Shown here piece by piece: positions 1-9,120 of a stretch of 32,000 bases of DNA. The notes beneath the pieces were generated by a model, which was not told the DNA's origin, did not search any database, and saw nothing but the letters and a program-made list of their open reading frames with translations. Where the stretch lies: contig NZ_CP088239.1 of assembly GCF_021054785.1 (NCBI RefSeq), positions 1,560,001-1,592,000 of the forward strand. Reading direction: 5' to 3'. The DNA comes from Tannockella kyphosi (GTDB taxonomy: Bacteria; Bacillota_I; Bacilli_A; Erysipelotrichales; Coprobacillaceae). Within the stretch, counting starts at the first letter, position 1. Every line of letters starts with the position of its first letter. A program made the position numbers and the translations under genes.

Positions 1-1140
1 AATAGTGATTTCTTCACCTAACTCATCTTGAGCTAATTCCCAATAATAAGCAGCTAAGTCTAAATCTTGTTCAAAGTAAACATCAGCAGTATCACGGTAA
101 TCTTCACCATCTGGTCCTGTTGATAAATCATAAGGAACGAATCCATCAGCAACGATAGAACCATCTTGTAATACGTTTTCACATAAATCTTCATTGTCTA
201 ATGCATAAGCAATAGCCATACGTAAGTTATAGTTTCCAGCAACTTCATCATATAAGTTGAATTGGAAATACCATAAGTAACCTTCTAATACAGAAGTAAA
301 TTCATCTGAATCTTGATATAAACTAATTAAATCTGAACTAACTTTAGTGAAATCAACTTCTTCAGCTTCAAATGCAGTAACACTTGAAGAAACTTCAGCC
401 ATGATTTGAATTTCAAAACCATCAACTTGTACAGCTTCAGCATCCCAATAAGTTTCACTTGTAGTGAAAGTTAATGAAGAACCTTTTTCCCAAGAAGTTA
501 ATGTATATGGTCCACAAGAAATTAAATTTTCTGGAGTTAAACCATAATCACCATCTTGAGCATCATAGAATTCTTCGTTAATTGGATAGAATACTGGGAA
601 TGTCATTAAGCTTAAGAAATATGGTGTATCTTGAGATAATGTAACTTCTAAAGTTAAATCATCAACAGCTACAACACCTAATTCAGCACTAGTATCTCCA
701 TCATAAAGAATTTCATCAGCACCTGCAATAGCAGCACCATCAGTAGTAAATAAGTAAGCATATTCACAATCAGCAGAGTTAATTCCTCCGTTCCAAGCAA
801 ATACGAAGTCAGCAGCAGTAACTTGTGTACCGTTTGACCAATAAGCTTCTCTTAAATAGAAAGTGTAAACTAAACCGTCATCACTTACATCATAAGATTC
901 AGCTAATGAAGCAATGATGTTACCATCAGCATCTTGATCCATTAAACCATCAATAGTAGCATGGATCGCTGCAAATGAATCACCATCTGTAGCATACATT
1001 GAATCCATTGAAATTACGTCATTTTCTTTAGCAATAGTAACCCAAGCTCCATCATCTGTAGAAGCTGTGTCGTCACTAGAACACCCAACTAATGAAAATG
1101 CCATTGTTGCAAAAGCAACCATAGTAATAAATTTTTTCAT
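1..1140 (-). CDS. Family-5 peptide/nickel ABC substrate-binding lipoprotein, second OppA paralog. Only the N-terminal 380 codons are here; the C-terminus lies beyond the left window edge
   Basis: Not in the ORF track because it runs off the edge. Hand translation of the minus strand from the ATG at 1140..1138 gives MKKFITMVAFATMAFSLVGCSSDD..., a signal peptide plus lipobox (LVGC). The frame stays open for all 380 codons to position 1. It shares blocks with the 560-aa OppA (SDDGLVYTF, TAADF vs TAHDF). Confidence 0.85.
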   Translation of the reverse strand, partial: MKKFITMVAFATMAFSLVGCSSDDTASTDDGAWVTIAKENDVISMDSMYATDGDSFAAIHATIDGLMDQDADGNIIASLAESYDVSDDGLVYTFYLREAYWSNGTQVTAADFVFAWNGGINSADCEYAYLFTTDGAAIAGADEILYDGDTSAELGVVAVDDLTLEVTLSQDTPYFLSLMTFPVFYPINEEFYDAQDGDYGLTPENLISCGPYTLTSWEKGSSLTFTTSETYWDAEAVQVDGFEIQIMAEVSSSVTAFEAEEVDFTKVSSDLISLYQDSDEFTSVLEGYLWYFQFNLYDEVAGNYNLRMAIAYALDNEDLCENVLQDGSIVADGFVPYDLSTGPDGEDYRDTADVYFEQDLDLAAYYWELAQDELGEEITI

Positions 1141-1224
1141 TCTCTTTTTTCCCCTTTTCCCTCAATCTAGTGTATACATACGTCTTATCCCAAAATTGTA
1201 TACAACTAAATTTTGTATGACACT

Positions 1225-1253
1225 ATAATCGCACACTGATAAAAAAATGTCAA
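1225..1253 (-). promoter_or_regulatory. Putative sigma-A promoter of the second oppA paralog
   Basis: On the minus strand, TTGACA (1253..1248), a 17-nt spacer, then TGcGATTAT (extended -10 at 1233..1225). The predicted TSS is near 1217, giving a leader of about 75 nt. Confidence 0.4.
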
Positions 1254-1496
1254 TACAATTATTACACTTTTATGAACAATTTTGTTAAATAGTATACTAG
1301 ACATTGTGTGATTTATAAATATCCTAAATATATATCCAAATAATAATTAAATGTATACAAAGTAATACATTTTATATTATTGTTTTTTTATTAATACAAC
1401 TTATTGTGGGTAAATAATAGACTATTTTGTTATAAATTTATTGTTTTTTAGTTATTTACTCCATTTTTGTTAAACATCTATTTTATCGTTATATAT

Positions 1497-1544
1497 AAAA
1501 AAGATAATAAACACTTATCTCAATGGATAAGTATTTATTATCTT
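1497..1544 (-). terminator. Intrinsic terminator after oppF
   Basis: Minus-strand RNA is AAGAUAAUAAAUACUUAUC-CAUUGA-GAUAAGUGUUUAUUAUCUU followed by UUUU. This is a long (about 19-bp) stem starting 9 nt after the oppF stop. Confidence 0.7.
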
Positions 1545-1552
1545 ATGTTTTA

Positions 1553-2506
1553 TTACAAATGGTGACAAGCAACGAGATGATCTTTTGCAACTTCTTGTAA
1601 AACAGGCTTTTCTGTTAAACAACGATCTGTTACACGGCTACATCTTCCTGCAAAAGGACAACCTGCCGGTAAATTAATTGGACTTGGTACATCTCCTTGT
1701 AATATAATTCTTTCTTTTTGTTTTTCTAAAGTTGGATCAGGTACTGGTACAGCTGATAACAACGCTTGTGAATAAGGATGTGTTGCATGAGAATAAACAA
1801 CTTGTGCAGGTCCTATTTCAACAACATGCCCTAAATACATAACTACTATACGATCTGAAATATAACGAACGATATCTAAGTCATGAGCAATAAATAAATA
1901 AGTTAATCCTAATTCTCTTTGTAAATCTCTTAGTAAGTTGATAATTTGAGACTGAATAGAAACATCTAACGCTGATATAGGTTCATCACATACTAAGAAT
2001 TGTGGTTCTACTGCTAAAGCTCTAGCAATCCCAATACGTTGTCTTTGTCCTCCTGAAAACTCATGAGGGAAACGATTCGCATGTTCTTTATTTAAACCTA
2101 CTGTTTCTAATAATTCACCAACACGTTCTTTACGACGTTCTGGTGTATACATATTATGTATTTCCATTCCTTCTACTATAATATTTCCAACTGTCATACG
2201 TGGATTTAAGGAAGCATAAGGATCTTGAAAAATCATTTGTACTTTTTTAGCGTAGTTATAACGATCTTTAGCAGATTTAGTAACTACTTTTTGACCATCA
2301 AACTCAATCACACCTTCTGTTGGTTTGTAAATACCCATAACAGTACGCCCTAAAGAAGACTTACCACAACCAGACTCACCAACTAATCCAACTGTTTCAC
2401 CTTGATAGACATCAAAATTAATTCCATTTACTGCTTTCACTGTACCACCTTCTACACGAAAGTGTTTTGATACATTTTGAATTGATAACAAAGGTTTGTT
2501 TTCCAT
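1553..2506 (-). CDS. oppF: Oligopeptide ABC transporter ATP-binding protein OppF
   Basis: 317 aa. Walker A GESGCGKSS, ABC signature FSGGQRQRIGIARAL, Walker B FLVCDEPISALD, and a Cys-containing C-terminal Opp/Dpp extension. Its start overlaps the oppD stop at 2506. It is the last gene in oppABCDF order. Confidence 0.93.
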   Translation of the reverse strand: MENKPLLSIQNVSKHFRVEGGTVKAVNGINFDVYQGETVGLVGESGCGKSSLGRTVMGIYKPTEGVIEFDGQKVVTKSAKDRYNYAKKVQMIFQDPYASLNPRMTVGNIIVEGMEIHNMYTPERRKERVGELLETVGLNKEHANRFPHEFSGGQRQRIGIARALAVEPQFLVCDEPISALDVSIQSQIINLLRDLQRELGLTYLFIAHDLDIVRYISDRIVVMYLGHVVEIGPAQVVYSHATHPYSQALLSAVPVPDPTLEKQKERIILQGDVPSPINLPAGCPFAGRCSRVTDRCLTEKPVLQEVAKDHLVACHHL

Positions 2507-3498
2507 TATCTTACCTCCTTAGGACAATCTTTATGTAATAACCAACATGAAGCAGTATGTCCATTACCTAAATCAAATACCGGAGGTTGGTGCTCTTTAC
2601 ATATTTTCATACACTTCGTACATCTAGCACCAAAACCACAACCTATTGGTGGTTTAATTAAATCAGGTGGTGTACCTGGAATTGATGTTAATTCATCCTC
2701 TTTACTTGTATCATGTTTTGGTAAAGAATCTAATAAAGCACTCGTATAAGGATGGCTAGGATGATGGAAGATATCCAAAGCTGTTCCTGTTTCTACTACT
2801 TTACCAGCATACATTACAGCTACTCTATCTGCAAGATTTGCTACTACCCCTAAATCATGTGTAATTAAAACAATAGCTGTTCCTAATTCATCACGAATAT
2901 CTGCTAATAAATCAATAATTTGTGCTTGAATTGTAACATCTAAAGCTGTTGTTGGTTCATCTGCAATTAATAATTTTGGATTACAAGATAAAGCCATTGC
3001 AATCATCGCACGTTGTCTCATCCCACCAGAGAATTGATGAGGATATTGTTTAGAACGTTCTAAAGCATTTGGGATTTGTACTTTTTCAAGCATTTCAATT
3101 GCTTTTATGTTTGCTTGTTCTGTTGATAAATTTTGATGATGTTTAATTGCTTCTACAATTTGTTTACCAACTTGCATCGTTGGGTTTAAACAAGTCATTG
3201 GATCTTGGAAAATCATACTAACATCTTTTCCACGAATCTTTTGCATATCTTGTTCTGGTGTATTTACAATATCGATATCATTTAATGTTAATGTCCCACT
3301 CTTAATACGAGCAGGTGGCATTGGATTTAATTTCATAATTGTTTGTGCTGTTACTGATTTACCACAACCAGATTCCCCAACTACCGCTAGGACTTCTCCA
3401 GCCTCTACATGATAACTCACGCCACGTACTGCTTGGACTTCGCCAGCATACGTATCGAAAGAAACATATAAATCTTTTATATCTAGTACTCTACTCAT
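2506..3498 (-). CDS. oppD: Oligopeptide ABC transporter ATP-binding protein OppD
   Basis: 330 aa. Walker A GESGCGKSV, signature FSGGMRQRAMIAMAL, Walker B LLIADEPTTALD, and a Cys-rich C-terminal tail typical of OppD/DppD. Confidence 0.93.
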   Translation of the reverse strand: MSRVLDIKDLYVSFDTYAGEVQAVRGVSYHVEAGEVLAVVGESGCGKSVTAQTIMKLNPMPPARIKSGTLTLNDIDIVNTPEQDMQKIRGKDVSMIFQDPMTCLNPTMQVGKQIVEAIKHHQNLSTEQANIKAIEMLEKVQIPNALERSKQYPHQFSGGMRQRAMIAMALSCNPKLLIADEPTTALDVTIQAQIIDLLADIRDELGTAIVLITHDLGVVANLADRVAVMYAGKVVETGTALDIFHHPSHPYTSALLDSLPKHDTSKEDELTSIPGTPPDLIKPPIGCGFGARCTKCMKICKEHQPPVFDLGNGHTASCWLLHKDCPKEVR

Positions 3499-3502
3499 TA
3501 TA

Positions 3503-4462
3503 TTATCTCCTTAATTTTGGATCGAAAGCATCTCTTAATCTGTCTCCTACTAAGTTAAAACTTAACATAGTAATAGAAATAAGAACTGCAGGAATGATTA
3601 ATTGGTAAGGATAGCGTTGGAATGAAGCAATACCTTCATTTGCTAATGTACCCCATGAAGCTTGTGGTAACACAACTCCTAAACCAATAAATGATAAGAA
3701 AGCTTCTGTAAAGATAATACTTGGGATTTGTAATGTTAAATTAACAACTACTAATGATAAAATATTTGGAACTAAATGACGGAAAATAATTCTAGCTGAA
3801 CTAGCTCCCATCGTTGATGCACAAATAACAAACTCTTGTTGTTTTAAACGCATTACTTCACCACGAACTAGTCTTGCCATCCCAGCCCATCCTACCACAG
3901 AATAAGCAACAATAATAGTTGTCATCCCAGGTTCTAAGACAATCATAAATACGATTACTAACAATAAATAAGGAATCCCATTTAAAATCTCTACAAAACG
4001 CATCATTACATTATCTAACATGCCACCAAAGTATCCAGCAATTCCACCATAACATACTCCAACAACACAATTAATAACTACTGCTACATAAGCAATTGTT
4101 AAAGAAACACGTCCTCCATCAAAAGCACGAACAAATAAATCACGTCCTAATACATCTGTACCAAAGATAAAAATATGATCTCCAGTACTTGTAAATGGTG
4201 CCGCATTTGTATATGCATAGTTTTGTGTATTCATTGCTACAGGCCAAATAGCTGGTATTAAAAAGGATAGTGTTGTAATAATAATTAAAACTGTTAAGAA
4301 AAACATCGTTACTTTATCTCTTTTAATACGTCCAAAAGCATCTTTCCAGAAGCTAATAGAAGGTCTACTCATTTCATTTAAACTATCTAAATCTTGTCCA
4401 ACTACTTCGAACATCGAAGCATCTACACTTGATTCCATAGTTACTATCTTATTATTTTCCAT
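3503..4462 (-). CDS. oppC: Oligopeptide ABC transporter permease OppC
   Basis: 319 aa multi-TM protein with an OppC-type N-terminal extension and a binding-protein-dependent permease core. Its ATG overlaps the oppB stop at 4462. Confidence 0.9.
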   Translation of the reverse strand: MENNKIVTMESSVDASMFEVVGQDLDSLNEMSRPSISFWKDAFGRIKRDKVTMFFLTVLIIITTLSFLIPAIWPVAMNTQNYAYTNAAPFTSTGDHIFIFGTDVLGRDLFVRAFDGGRVSLTIAYVAVVINCVVGVCYGGIAGYFGGMLDNVMMRFVEILNGIPYLLLVIVFMIVLEPGMTTIIVAYSVVGWAGMARLVRGEVMRLKQQEFVICASTMGASSARIIFRHLVPNILSLVVVNLTLQIPSIIFTEAFLSFIGLGVVLPQASWGTLANEGIASFQRYPYQLIIPAVLISITMLSFNLVGDRLRDAFDPKLRR

Positions 4463-5406
4463 TAGTCACCTTTCCCTCCTGTAAAATTCACTCTAGGATC
4501 AATGAAGACATATAAAATGTCTACAATTAATGTTGCAAACACTAAGAATGCACCATAGAATAAAGCACTTCCTGCAATCATTGTATAATCATTTTGGGTA
4601 ATTGAATTAATAAAGAATTTCCCCATTCCTGGAATATTAAATACTTTTTCAACAACAAAAGCCCCAGTTAACACACTAGCTGCAATTGGTCCTAAAACTG
4701 TAATAACAGGCATAATCGCATTACGAACTGCATGTTTAATAACAATATCTTTTTCTGATAAACCTTTTGCTTTTGCTGTTTTAATATAATCAGATGATAA
4801 AACATCCAACATACTAGTACGCATTAAACGTGAAATAGTAGCCATTGATCCAAATGATAACGCTATGGATGGTAACCATTTAGAAAACTCTGTTGTCCAT
4901 CCTGATATTGGAAATATATTAATACCAATTGTACGTAATTTTAAAGCAACAAAATATTGTAACAATGCTGCAACAATAAAACTTGGTACTGATACACCTA
5001 CTACTGAAATAAGCATTGCAACAGTATCACCCATTCTTCCACGACGAATCGCAGCATAAGAACCTAATGTAATACCACCAACTGTAGCTATTAATAATGC
5101 TCTCATTCCTAGTTCAAATGAATAAGGGAATGATTCAGAAATAATACGTGTTACTTCACGACCAGTTTGAGTAGAAACACCTAAATCTCCTTGCAAGACA
5201 TTTTTGAAATAGATCCAAAATTGTTCTAATACTGATTTATCTAAACCATATTTTTCCATTAAGATTTGTTTTGTAACTTCACTAATTGCTTTATCTCCAG
5301 TAAATGGATCTCCTGGTAATAATTGCATCATTAAGAAAGTAACAAAAATTAGTAAAAAGATTGTTGCTAATGCATAAACAATTCTTTTTAAAATATACTT
5401 TGCCAT
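4462..5406 (-). CDS. oppB: Oligopeptide ABC transporter permease OppB
   Basis: 314 aa. MAKYILKRI... is a typical OppB/DppB N-terminus, followed by a 6-TM permease core. Confidence 0.9.
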   Translation of the reverse strand: MAKYILKRIVYALATIFLLIFVTFLMMQLLPGDPFTGDKAISEVTKQILMEKYGLDKSVLEQFWIYFKNVLQGDLGVSTQTGREVTRIISESFPYSFELGMRALLIATVGGITLGSYAAIRRGRMGDTVAMLISVVGVSVPSFIVAALLQYFVALKLRTIGINIFPISGWTTEFSKWLPSIALSFGSMATISRLMRTSMLDVLSSDYIKTAKAKGLSEKDIVIKHAVRNAIMPVITVLGPIAASVLTGAFVVEKVFNIPGMGKFFINSITQNDYTMIAGSALFYGAFLVFATLIVDILYVFIDPRVNFTGGKGD

Positions 5407-5512
5407 AAATAAACTCCTTCTTTTTTATATTTTATGTACTTATCCCAAGTAACATATAACCTAGATACTCTTAGTATCTACCTTATATATCATTGAAATA
5501 CTTTTCATTAGA

Positions 5513-5546
5513 CAAAAAAAAGCTAGGGCTATAAAACTATAGCCCT
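5513..5546 (-). terminator. Hairpin plus U-run between oppA and oppB (partial terminator/attenuator)
   Basis: AGGGCUAUA-GUUU-UAUAGCCCU followed by AGCUUUUUUUU on the minus strand, located inside the operon directly after the SBP gene. Confidence 0.7.
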
Positions 5547-5556
5547 TAGTGGCTTT

Positions 5557-7239
5557 TTACTCTGCTTCGATATAAGCTCCTGTGAAGTCCATATCTTGGA
5601 ATGCAGTTCTTACTACACCTTTTAAATCATCTGCTAATAAGTAATCTCTAGCACGCCAATGAGTCATACCAATAGGATACTCAGTAGCTAAGATTTCTTC
5701 TGCTTCAATTAAATAAGCTGTACGTGTATCTGCGTCACCTTCTACATATGCTAAACTAATTAACTCATCATATCTTTCATTTGACCAATTTGTGTGGTTA
5801 TTTCCACCACCAGTTACCCATAAATCCATAAAAGTCATTGGATCATTATAATCAGGTCCCCAACCAGCTAAAACTACATCATAGTCTTTCGCAGTCATTC
5901 TAGATAATCTAGTTTGATATGTAATTTGTTCCACATTTACAGTTAAACCTAAATTAGAATTTAAAGCTTCTTGAATATATTCACAACGGATTTTTGTTGT
6001 ATCTCCTTCATCTGCCATTAAAGTAAATGAGAAAGTATCTAATGTTAATCCTTCTTCTGCTAATCCTTCTTCTAATAAAGCTTTTAGTTCACTATAATCA
6101 TCTTCCGGTCTATCCATTAATACACCTACTTCTTCTTGGAATTCTCCATTTAAGATAGCTGGTGGTGTAAATGATGTTGCCACAACACTTGCATTTTTCT
6201 CTGTTAATTCTACATATTTAGCAGCATTTAAACCTAAAGTAATTGCTTCTCTTACTTTTGCATTGCTTAAACCTTCTACTGCTGTATTGAATTCTAAATA
6301 CCAAGCAGAACCATCATTATAATTATAAGTAGTTACACCTTGTTCTGCTAATGATTGATATTGTTCTCCTGAAATACCAGTCATATCTAGTGTTCCAGCA
6401 TTAAATTCATTTAACCAAGTATTTGAATCAGAAATCATTTTGAATGTAATGGAATCTAATTGAATATTATCAACATTAAAATAAGTTTCATTTTTTTCTA
6501 ATACAATTGAATCTTCATGGTTCCAAGCAGTCATCACAAATGGACCATTTCCTACAAAGTTTTCTACTTCTGTAGCATAGCTATCTAATGAACCCGCAGC
6601 TTCAACAGCTACTTGATTAACAGGATAGAAATTCATAAACGCTAATAAGCTCTCAAAATAAGTATAAGGAGCTGTAATTGTTAATTCTAACGTATAATCA
6701 TCTACTGCTTTGATTCCAGTTGCTTGCCAAGCATCCGTAACTTGTGCATCTGTTGCTTTTTCAACACCTGCATCTACGTCTTCTTCACTATATCCTTGAC
6801 CAGTTACTGTAAAGAACTCAGTAGCACCTTCAAAAATTGGTGCCCAAGTCATAGCATAAGAAGCTCCACTTCTTGCATCAAATAATAAACTTAAAGCATA
6901 TGTGAAGTCATGAGCAGTCACAGCTTCTCCATTTGTCCAAGTCATTCCTTCTCTAATATTAAAAGTATAAACTAAACCATCTTCACTAACTGTCCATGAT
7001 TCTGCACAACCTGCTTCTGCTTCATCATTTTCATCTAAACCTACTAATCCTAACATAGTATGTCTTAATACATTCCCATCTACTGATCCAGTAGCTAATA
7101 CTGAATTTAATTTTGATGGTTCACTAGATAAGTTAACTACTATGTCGCTACCATCTCTTTGTGATGATGCACTTGTACATCCTGTCAAACTAGACAATAA
7201 TAACGCAAAACATGCTAACGTGGTTAAAAATTTCTTCAT
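5557..7239 (-). CDS. oppA: Oligopeptide-binding lipoprotein OppA (family-5 SBP)
   Basis: 560 aa. Signal peptide plus lipobox (LLSSLTGC), an acidic SBP_bac_5-like body, first gene of the operon, followed by an attenuator-like hairpin. Confidence 0.9.
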   Translation of the reverse strand: MKKFLTTLACFALLLSSLTGCTSASSQRDGSDIVVNLSSEPSKLNSVLATGSVDGNVLRHTMLGLVGLDENDEAEAGCAESWTVSEDGLVYTFNIREGMTWTNGEAVTAHDFTYALSLLFDARSGASYAMTWAPIFEGATEFFTVTGQGYSEEDVDAGVEKATDAQVTDAWQATGIKAVDDYTLELTITAPYTYFESLLAFMNFYPVNQVAVEAAGSLDSYATEVENFVGNGPFVMTAWNHEDSIVLEKNETYFNVDNIQLDSITFKMISDSNTWLNEFNAGTLDMTGISGEQYQSLAEQGVTTYNYNDGSAWYLEFNTAVEGLSNAKVREAITLGLNAAKYVELTEKNASVVATSFTPPAILNGEFQEEVGVLMDRPEDDYSELKALLEEGLAEEGLTLDTFSFTLMADEGDTTKIRCEYIQEALNSNLGLTVNVEQITYQTRLSRMTAKDYDVVLAGWGPDYNDPMTFMDLWVTGGGNNHTNWSNERYDELISLAYVEGDADTRTAYLIEAEEILATEYPIGMTHWRARDYLLADDLKGVVRTAFQDMDFTGAYIEAE

Positions 7240-7290
7240 ATTTTTCTCTCCTTCTATGAATTATTTCAGCCAACGAGGGCTATGCCTAAG

Positions 7291-7299
7291 AGTATAGCA
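7291..7299 (-). promoter_or_regulatory. Extended -10 element (TGcTATACT) of the opp operon promoter
   Basis: The minus strand reads TTTTTGCTATACT about 55 nt upstream of the oppA ATG. The -35 (TAGTAA) is weak. Confidence 0.45.
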
Positions 7300-7385
7300 A
7301 AAATAATCCAGTATTACTAGGAAAAACCACTATAAAACGACATATGTATATTTTTTTGCACATTTTTATGCTATTTTGTGCATAT

Positions 7386-7414
7386 AAAAAACCCTCATTA
7401 TATAAGGGTTTTTT
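7386..7414 (-). terminator. Terminator of the IIB-fusion/ROK-like/rnhA transcription unit
   Basis: AAAAAACCCU-UAUAUAAUG-AGGGUUUUUU on the minus strand, about 135 nt downstream of the rnhA stop. It is symmetric, so it could act in both directions. Confidence 0.65.
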
Positions 7415-7549
7415 ATTGATTGTCTACACATTAATATAAATTGTATGTTTTTTTATACAATTTTATCCAATTTACTAATATGACGATTTATTTTAGGATT
7501 AAACTAAATTTAGCGTGATTTACACTTTAAGTATATACAATTACGCCTT

Positions 7550-8140
7550 TTAAACAACAACTCCTACCGCCTTTTTGGCTAATTCATCCGCTTTATCATT
7601 ATAATAATCATTACTATGTGCCAAAACTTTTACAAATTGTATCGCTATTTGTTGTTGATATAGCTTTATTTGTTTTATATAACTTATTGTACCTGGTTTA
7701 TTTGCCTTCCATAAGCCTTTTGCCCACTTTTCTATTCCTTCATAGTCATAATAAATAGAAATAGCCGGTTGCTTTTTTTCAATAGCGTATTCAATTGCAC
7801 ACAAACAACCTAAAAGTTCCCCGGCAACATTACGCATTAAGGCATCCTCTTGGTTATTTCCAACATCACTCATGGTTTGAATAACTTGTTGGCCCTCTAA
7901 TATAACACAACCATATCCATATACCTTGGTCTTTATGTTATAACTACCATCTACATAAGCAACATAACCACCTTCTACTACTTTTTCTTCTTTCACCTTT
8001 ACAAACTCATTTGCTTGTTCTAAAGATGGAAATGATTTATAAACTGCCCCAGAATAACCCATTACCTGTTCTTTACATAAATCCCACGTCAAATAGATCC
8101 CTGGTTTCTTTCCTACTTTTACCGCATAATATTTCGCCAT
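7550..8140 (-). CDS. rnhA: Ribonuclease HI with N-terminal RNA/DNA hybrid-binding domain
   Basis: 196 aa. N-terminal MAKYYAVKVGKKPGIYLTWDLCKEQV..YKSF matches the viroplasmin-like hybrid-binding domain. The C-terminal RNase H fold has candidate DEDD residues (YVDGSY, AGELLG, YYDYEG, NDKADELAK). As I recall it, this matches Bacillus halodurans RNase HI in architecture and roughly in length. The ATG lies 2 nt after the upstream ROK-like stop. Confidence 0.85.
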   Translation of the reverse strand: MAKYYAVKVGKKPGIYLTWDLCKEQVMGYSGAVYKSFPSLEQANEFVKVKEEKVVEGGYVAYVDGSYNIKTKVYGYGCVILEGQQVIQTMSDVGNNQEDALMRNVAGELLGCLCAIEYAIEKKQPAISIYYDYEGIEKWAKGLWKANKPGTISYIKQIKLYQQQIAIQFVKVLAHSNDYYNDKADELAKKAVGVVV

Positions 8141-8142
8141 AA

Positions 8143-9120
8143 CTACTCCTCTGTCTTTAATTCTCTTTTTGCCATTTCTAAAGTTCCAAGCATAACAAAA
8201 TCAAAAATATATTCCACCTTCACTAACTCCGGTATATCATTTTCTTGGAATGTAGATAGTAACATATCTCGTATCACTTGGCAATCTTCAAACATAGTGC
8301 AACAAACTGCCACAACATCTGGATTCAAAATACTAATAAGGATACGAATATAATAAGTAGCCAGTTCTAAACTACCTTGCCTATTTAACATCATTTCTTC
8401 ACGACTTTTTTGATTAGAAAAAGGTAGGTATTGTGCTTCTCCAGCTATATTTGTTTTTCCAACTAACAACTTTCCATCAACTACACTACCAATTCCTGCA
8501 AATAAAGTTTCAGGCATAAATAGAAAACTACTATTAGGATATTGGGGATGTAAAATAGAAAACCCTAAAGCAGCACTATTGACATCATTCACAAAAGCAA
8601 ATCTTTGTTTATAATGCTTCATCAAGTCTTCTAAAGGTAAATCAGTAAACCCTTCAATACCAGTACAACTCAAAAATCCACTTTCAATAATACCCGGTGT
8701 ACTAAAAGATATCACTTTTACATTTGGATGGATCAATAAAACAGTATCAATGATTGTTCGAATATCTTCTAAATTCACTCTCTTTTTAATAATTGTTTTT
8801 GATTCTACTAATTGATCATGTAAATCATATATATGGTAAACAATAGTAACACGATAATCATTTCTTAAAATTGAAAAACATAATATTTTTGTATACGTAG
8901 CTAATAATTGATACGATTTAGACCTTCTTCCACCAGTACTCTTATTATATCCTAATTCTGTAATTTGACCTTCTTGTAATAACTCATCAATAATTGTATT
9001 CACACTAGCCAATGATAATTCAGTAAAATCAGAGATTTGTGACTTCGTACGACTGTACTTCCCTTTCATTGAATCAATAACTTTCAATCTATTTGTCTGT
9101 CTTATGTTTTTTGTGTTCAT
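8143..9120 (-). CDS. Divergent ROK-family-like transcriptional regulator (winged-helix N-terminus, sugar-kinase-like body lacking Zn and ATP motifs)
   Basis: 325 aa. The N-terminal HTH-like segment SQISDFTELSLASVNTIIDELLQEGQI plus ..GGRRSKSY resembles NagC/XylR/Mlc-type ROK repressors. A ROK signature remnant is present (GIGSVVDGKLLVGKTNIAGEAQY). No CxCGxxGCxE zinc motif and no DxGGT motif are visible. Confidence 0.65.
   Translation of the reverse strand: MNTKNIRQTNRLKVIDSMKGKYSRTKSQISDFTELSLASVNTIIDELLQEGQITELGYNKSTGGRRSKSYQLLATYTKILCFSILRNDYRVTIVYHIYDLHDQLVESKTIIKKRVNLEDIRTIIDTVLLIHPNVKVISFSTPGIIESGFLSCTGIEGFTDLPLEDLMKHYKQRFAFVNDVNSAALGFSILHPQYPNSSFLFMPETLFAGIGSVVDGKLLVGKTNIAGEAQYLPFSNQKSREEMMLNRQGSLELATYYIRILISILNPDVVAVCCTMFEDCQVIRDMLLSTFQENDIPELVKVEYIFDFVMLGTLEMAKRELKTEE

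Noticed and set aside
1141-1552. CodY boxes (AATTTTCWGAAAATT) upstream of the opp genes and aspartate kinase.
   Set aside because: The best candidates (around 1274..1290 and 28010..28026) have 4-5 mismatches. That cannot be told apart from chance in DNA this AT-rich.
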